From contig CM121343.1 in assembly GCA_051530055.1 (NCBI GenBank), positions 7,752,152 through 7,816,151 on the forward strand: a stretch of DNA of 64,000 nucleotides, in the 5' to 3' direction. Of the stretch, positions 62,192-64,000 are shown piece by piece. Position numbers and translations under genes: made by a program. The DNA comes from Neoechinorhynchus agilis. Lineage: Eukaryota > Animalia > Acanthocephala. Below the pieces are notes generated by a model, which saw only the letters and a program-made list of their open reading frames with translations, ran no database searches and had not been told where the DNA came from. Numbering within the stretch: position 1 is the first letter of the stretch; every line of letters begins with the position of its first letter.

Positions 62192-64000
62192 GGTTCGGGT
62201 GGTAATATCTGGTCGGAGGGATTCCTATTAGGATGGGAATATCCAGTCGAGGACGGTTCGTTCGGGTGGTAATATCTGGTCGGAGGGATTCCTATTAGGA
62301 TGGGAACATCCAGTCGAGGACGGTTCGTTCGGGTGGTAATATCTGGTCGGAGGGATTCCTATTAGGATGGGAATATCCAGTCGAGGACGGTTCGTTCGGG
62401 TGGTAATATCTGGTCGGAGGGATTCCTATTAGGATGGGAATATCCAGTCGAGGACGGTTCGTTCGGGTGGTAATATCTGGTCGGAGGGATTCCTATTAGG
62501 ATGGGAACATCCAGTCGAGGACGGTTCGTTCGGGTGGTAATATCTGGTCGGAGGGATTCCTATTAGGATGGGAATATCCAGTCGAGGACGGTTCGTTCGG
62601 GTGGTAATATCTGGTCGGAGGGATTCCTATTAGGATGGGAACATCCAGTCGAGGACGGTTCGTTCGGGTGGTAATATCTGGTCGGAGGGATTCCTATTAG
62701 GATGGGAATATCCAGTCGAGGACGGTTCGTTCGGGTGGTAATATCTGGTCGGAGGGATTCCTATTAGGATGGGAATATCCAGTCGAGGACGGTTCGTTCG
62801 GGTGGTAATATCTGGTCGGAGGGATTCCTATTAGGATGGGAACATCCAGTCGAGGACGGTTCGTTCGGGTGGTAATATCTGGTCGGAGGGATTCCTATTA
62901 GGATGGGAACTATCCAGTCGAGGACGGTTCGTTCGGGTGGTAATATCTGGTCGGAGGGATTCCTATTAGGATGGGAATATCCAGTCGAGGACGGTTCGTT
63001 CGGGTGGTAATATCTGGTCGGAGGGATTCCTATTAGGATGGGAACATCCAGTCGAGGACGGTTCGTTCGGGTGGTAATATCTGGTCGGAGGGATTCCTAT
63101 TAGGATGGGAACTATCCAGTCGAGGACGGTTCGTTCGGGTGGTAATATCTGGTCGGAGGGATTCCTATTAGGATGGGAATATCCAGTCGAGGACGGTTCG
63201 TTCGGGTGGTAATATCTGGTCGGAGGGATTCCTATTAGGATGGGAATATCCAGTCGAGGACGGTTCGTTCGGGTGGTAATATCTGGTCGGAGGGATTCCT
63301 ATTAGGATGGGAACTATCCAGTCGAGGACGGTTCGTTCGGGTGGTAATATCTGGTCGGAGGGTTCCTATTAGGATGGGAACATCCAGTCGAGGACGGTTC
63401 GTTCGGGTGGTAATATCTGGTCGGAGGGATTCCTATTAGGATGGGAATATCCAGTCGAGGACGGTTCGTTCGGGTGGTAATATCTGTCGGAGGGATTCCT
63501 ATTAGGATGGGAATATCCAGTCGAGGACGGTTCGTTCGGGTGGTAATATCTGGTCGGAGGGATTCCTATTAGGATGGGAATATCCAGTCGAGGACGGTTC
63601 GTTCGGGTGGTAATATCTGGTCGGAGGGATTCCTATTAGGATGGGAACATCCAGTCGAGGACGGTTCGTTCGGGTGGTAATATCTGGTCGGAGGGATTCC
63701 TATTAGGATGGGAATATCCAGTCGAGGACGGTTCGTTCGGGTGGTAATATCTGGTCGGAGGGATTCCTATTAGGATGGGAATATCCAGTCGAGGACGGTT
63801 CGTTCGGGTGGTAATATCTGGTCGGAGGGCTGTCTATTCGGATGGGAACTATCAAGTTGGGGACGGTTCGTTCGGGTGGTAATATCTGGTCGGAGGGATT
63901 CCTATTAGGATGGGAATATCCAGTCGAGGACGGTTCGTTCGGGTGGTAATATCTGGTCGGAGGGATTCCTATTAGGATGGGAACTATCCAGTCGAGGACG
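62192..64000 (+). repeat. 67-bp G-rich tandem array, about 27 near-identical units, running off the window end
   Basis: Unit cgggtggtaatatctggtcggagggattcctattaggatgggaatatccagtcgaggacggttcgtt, with variants gaatatcc/gaacatcc/gaactatcc and one divergent unit near 63830. Confidence 0.97.

Noticed and set aside
62192-64000. CRISPR-like array
   Set aside because: The units are wholly repeated with no unique spacers, there are no cas genes, and the context is eukaryotic.

Overview
Eukaryotic DNA from a compact invertebrate (metazoan) genome: AT-rich, with canonical GT-AG introns of about 30-60 bp. I cannot identify the organism. Recognisable host genes are a LIV-1/ZIP8-14-type metal transporter (10.3-13.5 kb), SMG1 kinase (18.0-27.3 kb), a GAF-GAF PDE5/6-like phosphodiesterase ending in a CaaX box (35.4-38.7 kb) and a RASEF/Rab45-like GTPase (38.8-41.7 kb, minus strand). 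There are also several small orphan ORFs. The rest is decayed retroelements (two Ty3/gypsy, several Penelope-like elements, five CRE-like pieces, CR1/L2-like LINE pieces, RTE, a tRNA-derived SINE) and tandem DNA. The tandem DNA is a 454-bp satellite (3 inverted divergent copies at 4.3-5.7 kb, about 22 copies at 52.4-62.2 kb) and a near-perfect 67-bp G-rich array running off the window end. Most notable by eye: (i) a set of Penelope-type hammerhead ribozymes, including head-to-head fold-back pairs and a non-canonical CAGUUGA-core variant; (ii) a tRNA-headed SINE with a conserved hammerhead-like core; (iii) the terminal 67-bp array, which appears amplified from a LINE 3'UTR; (iv) a ZIP transporter whose TM5 metal motif reads EEIPNE. 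All alignments, folds and splice models were done manually, and element boundaries are approximate.
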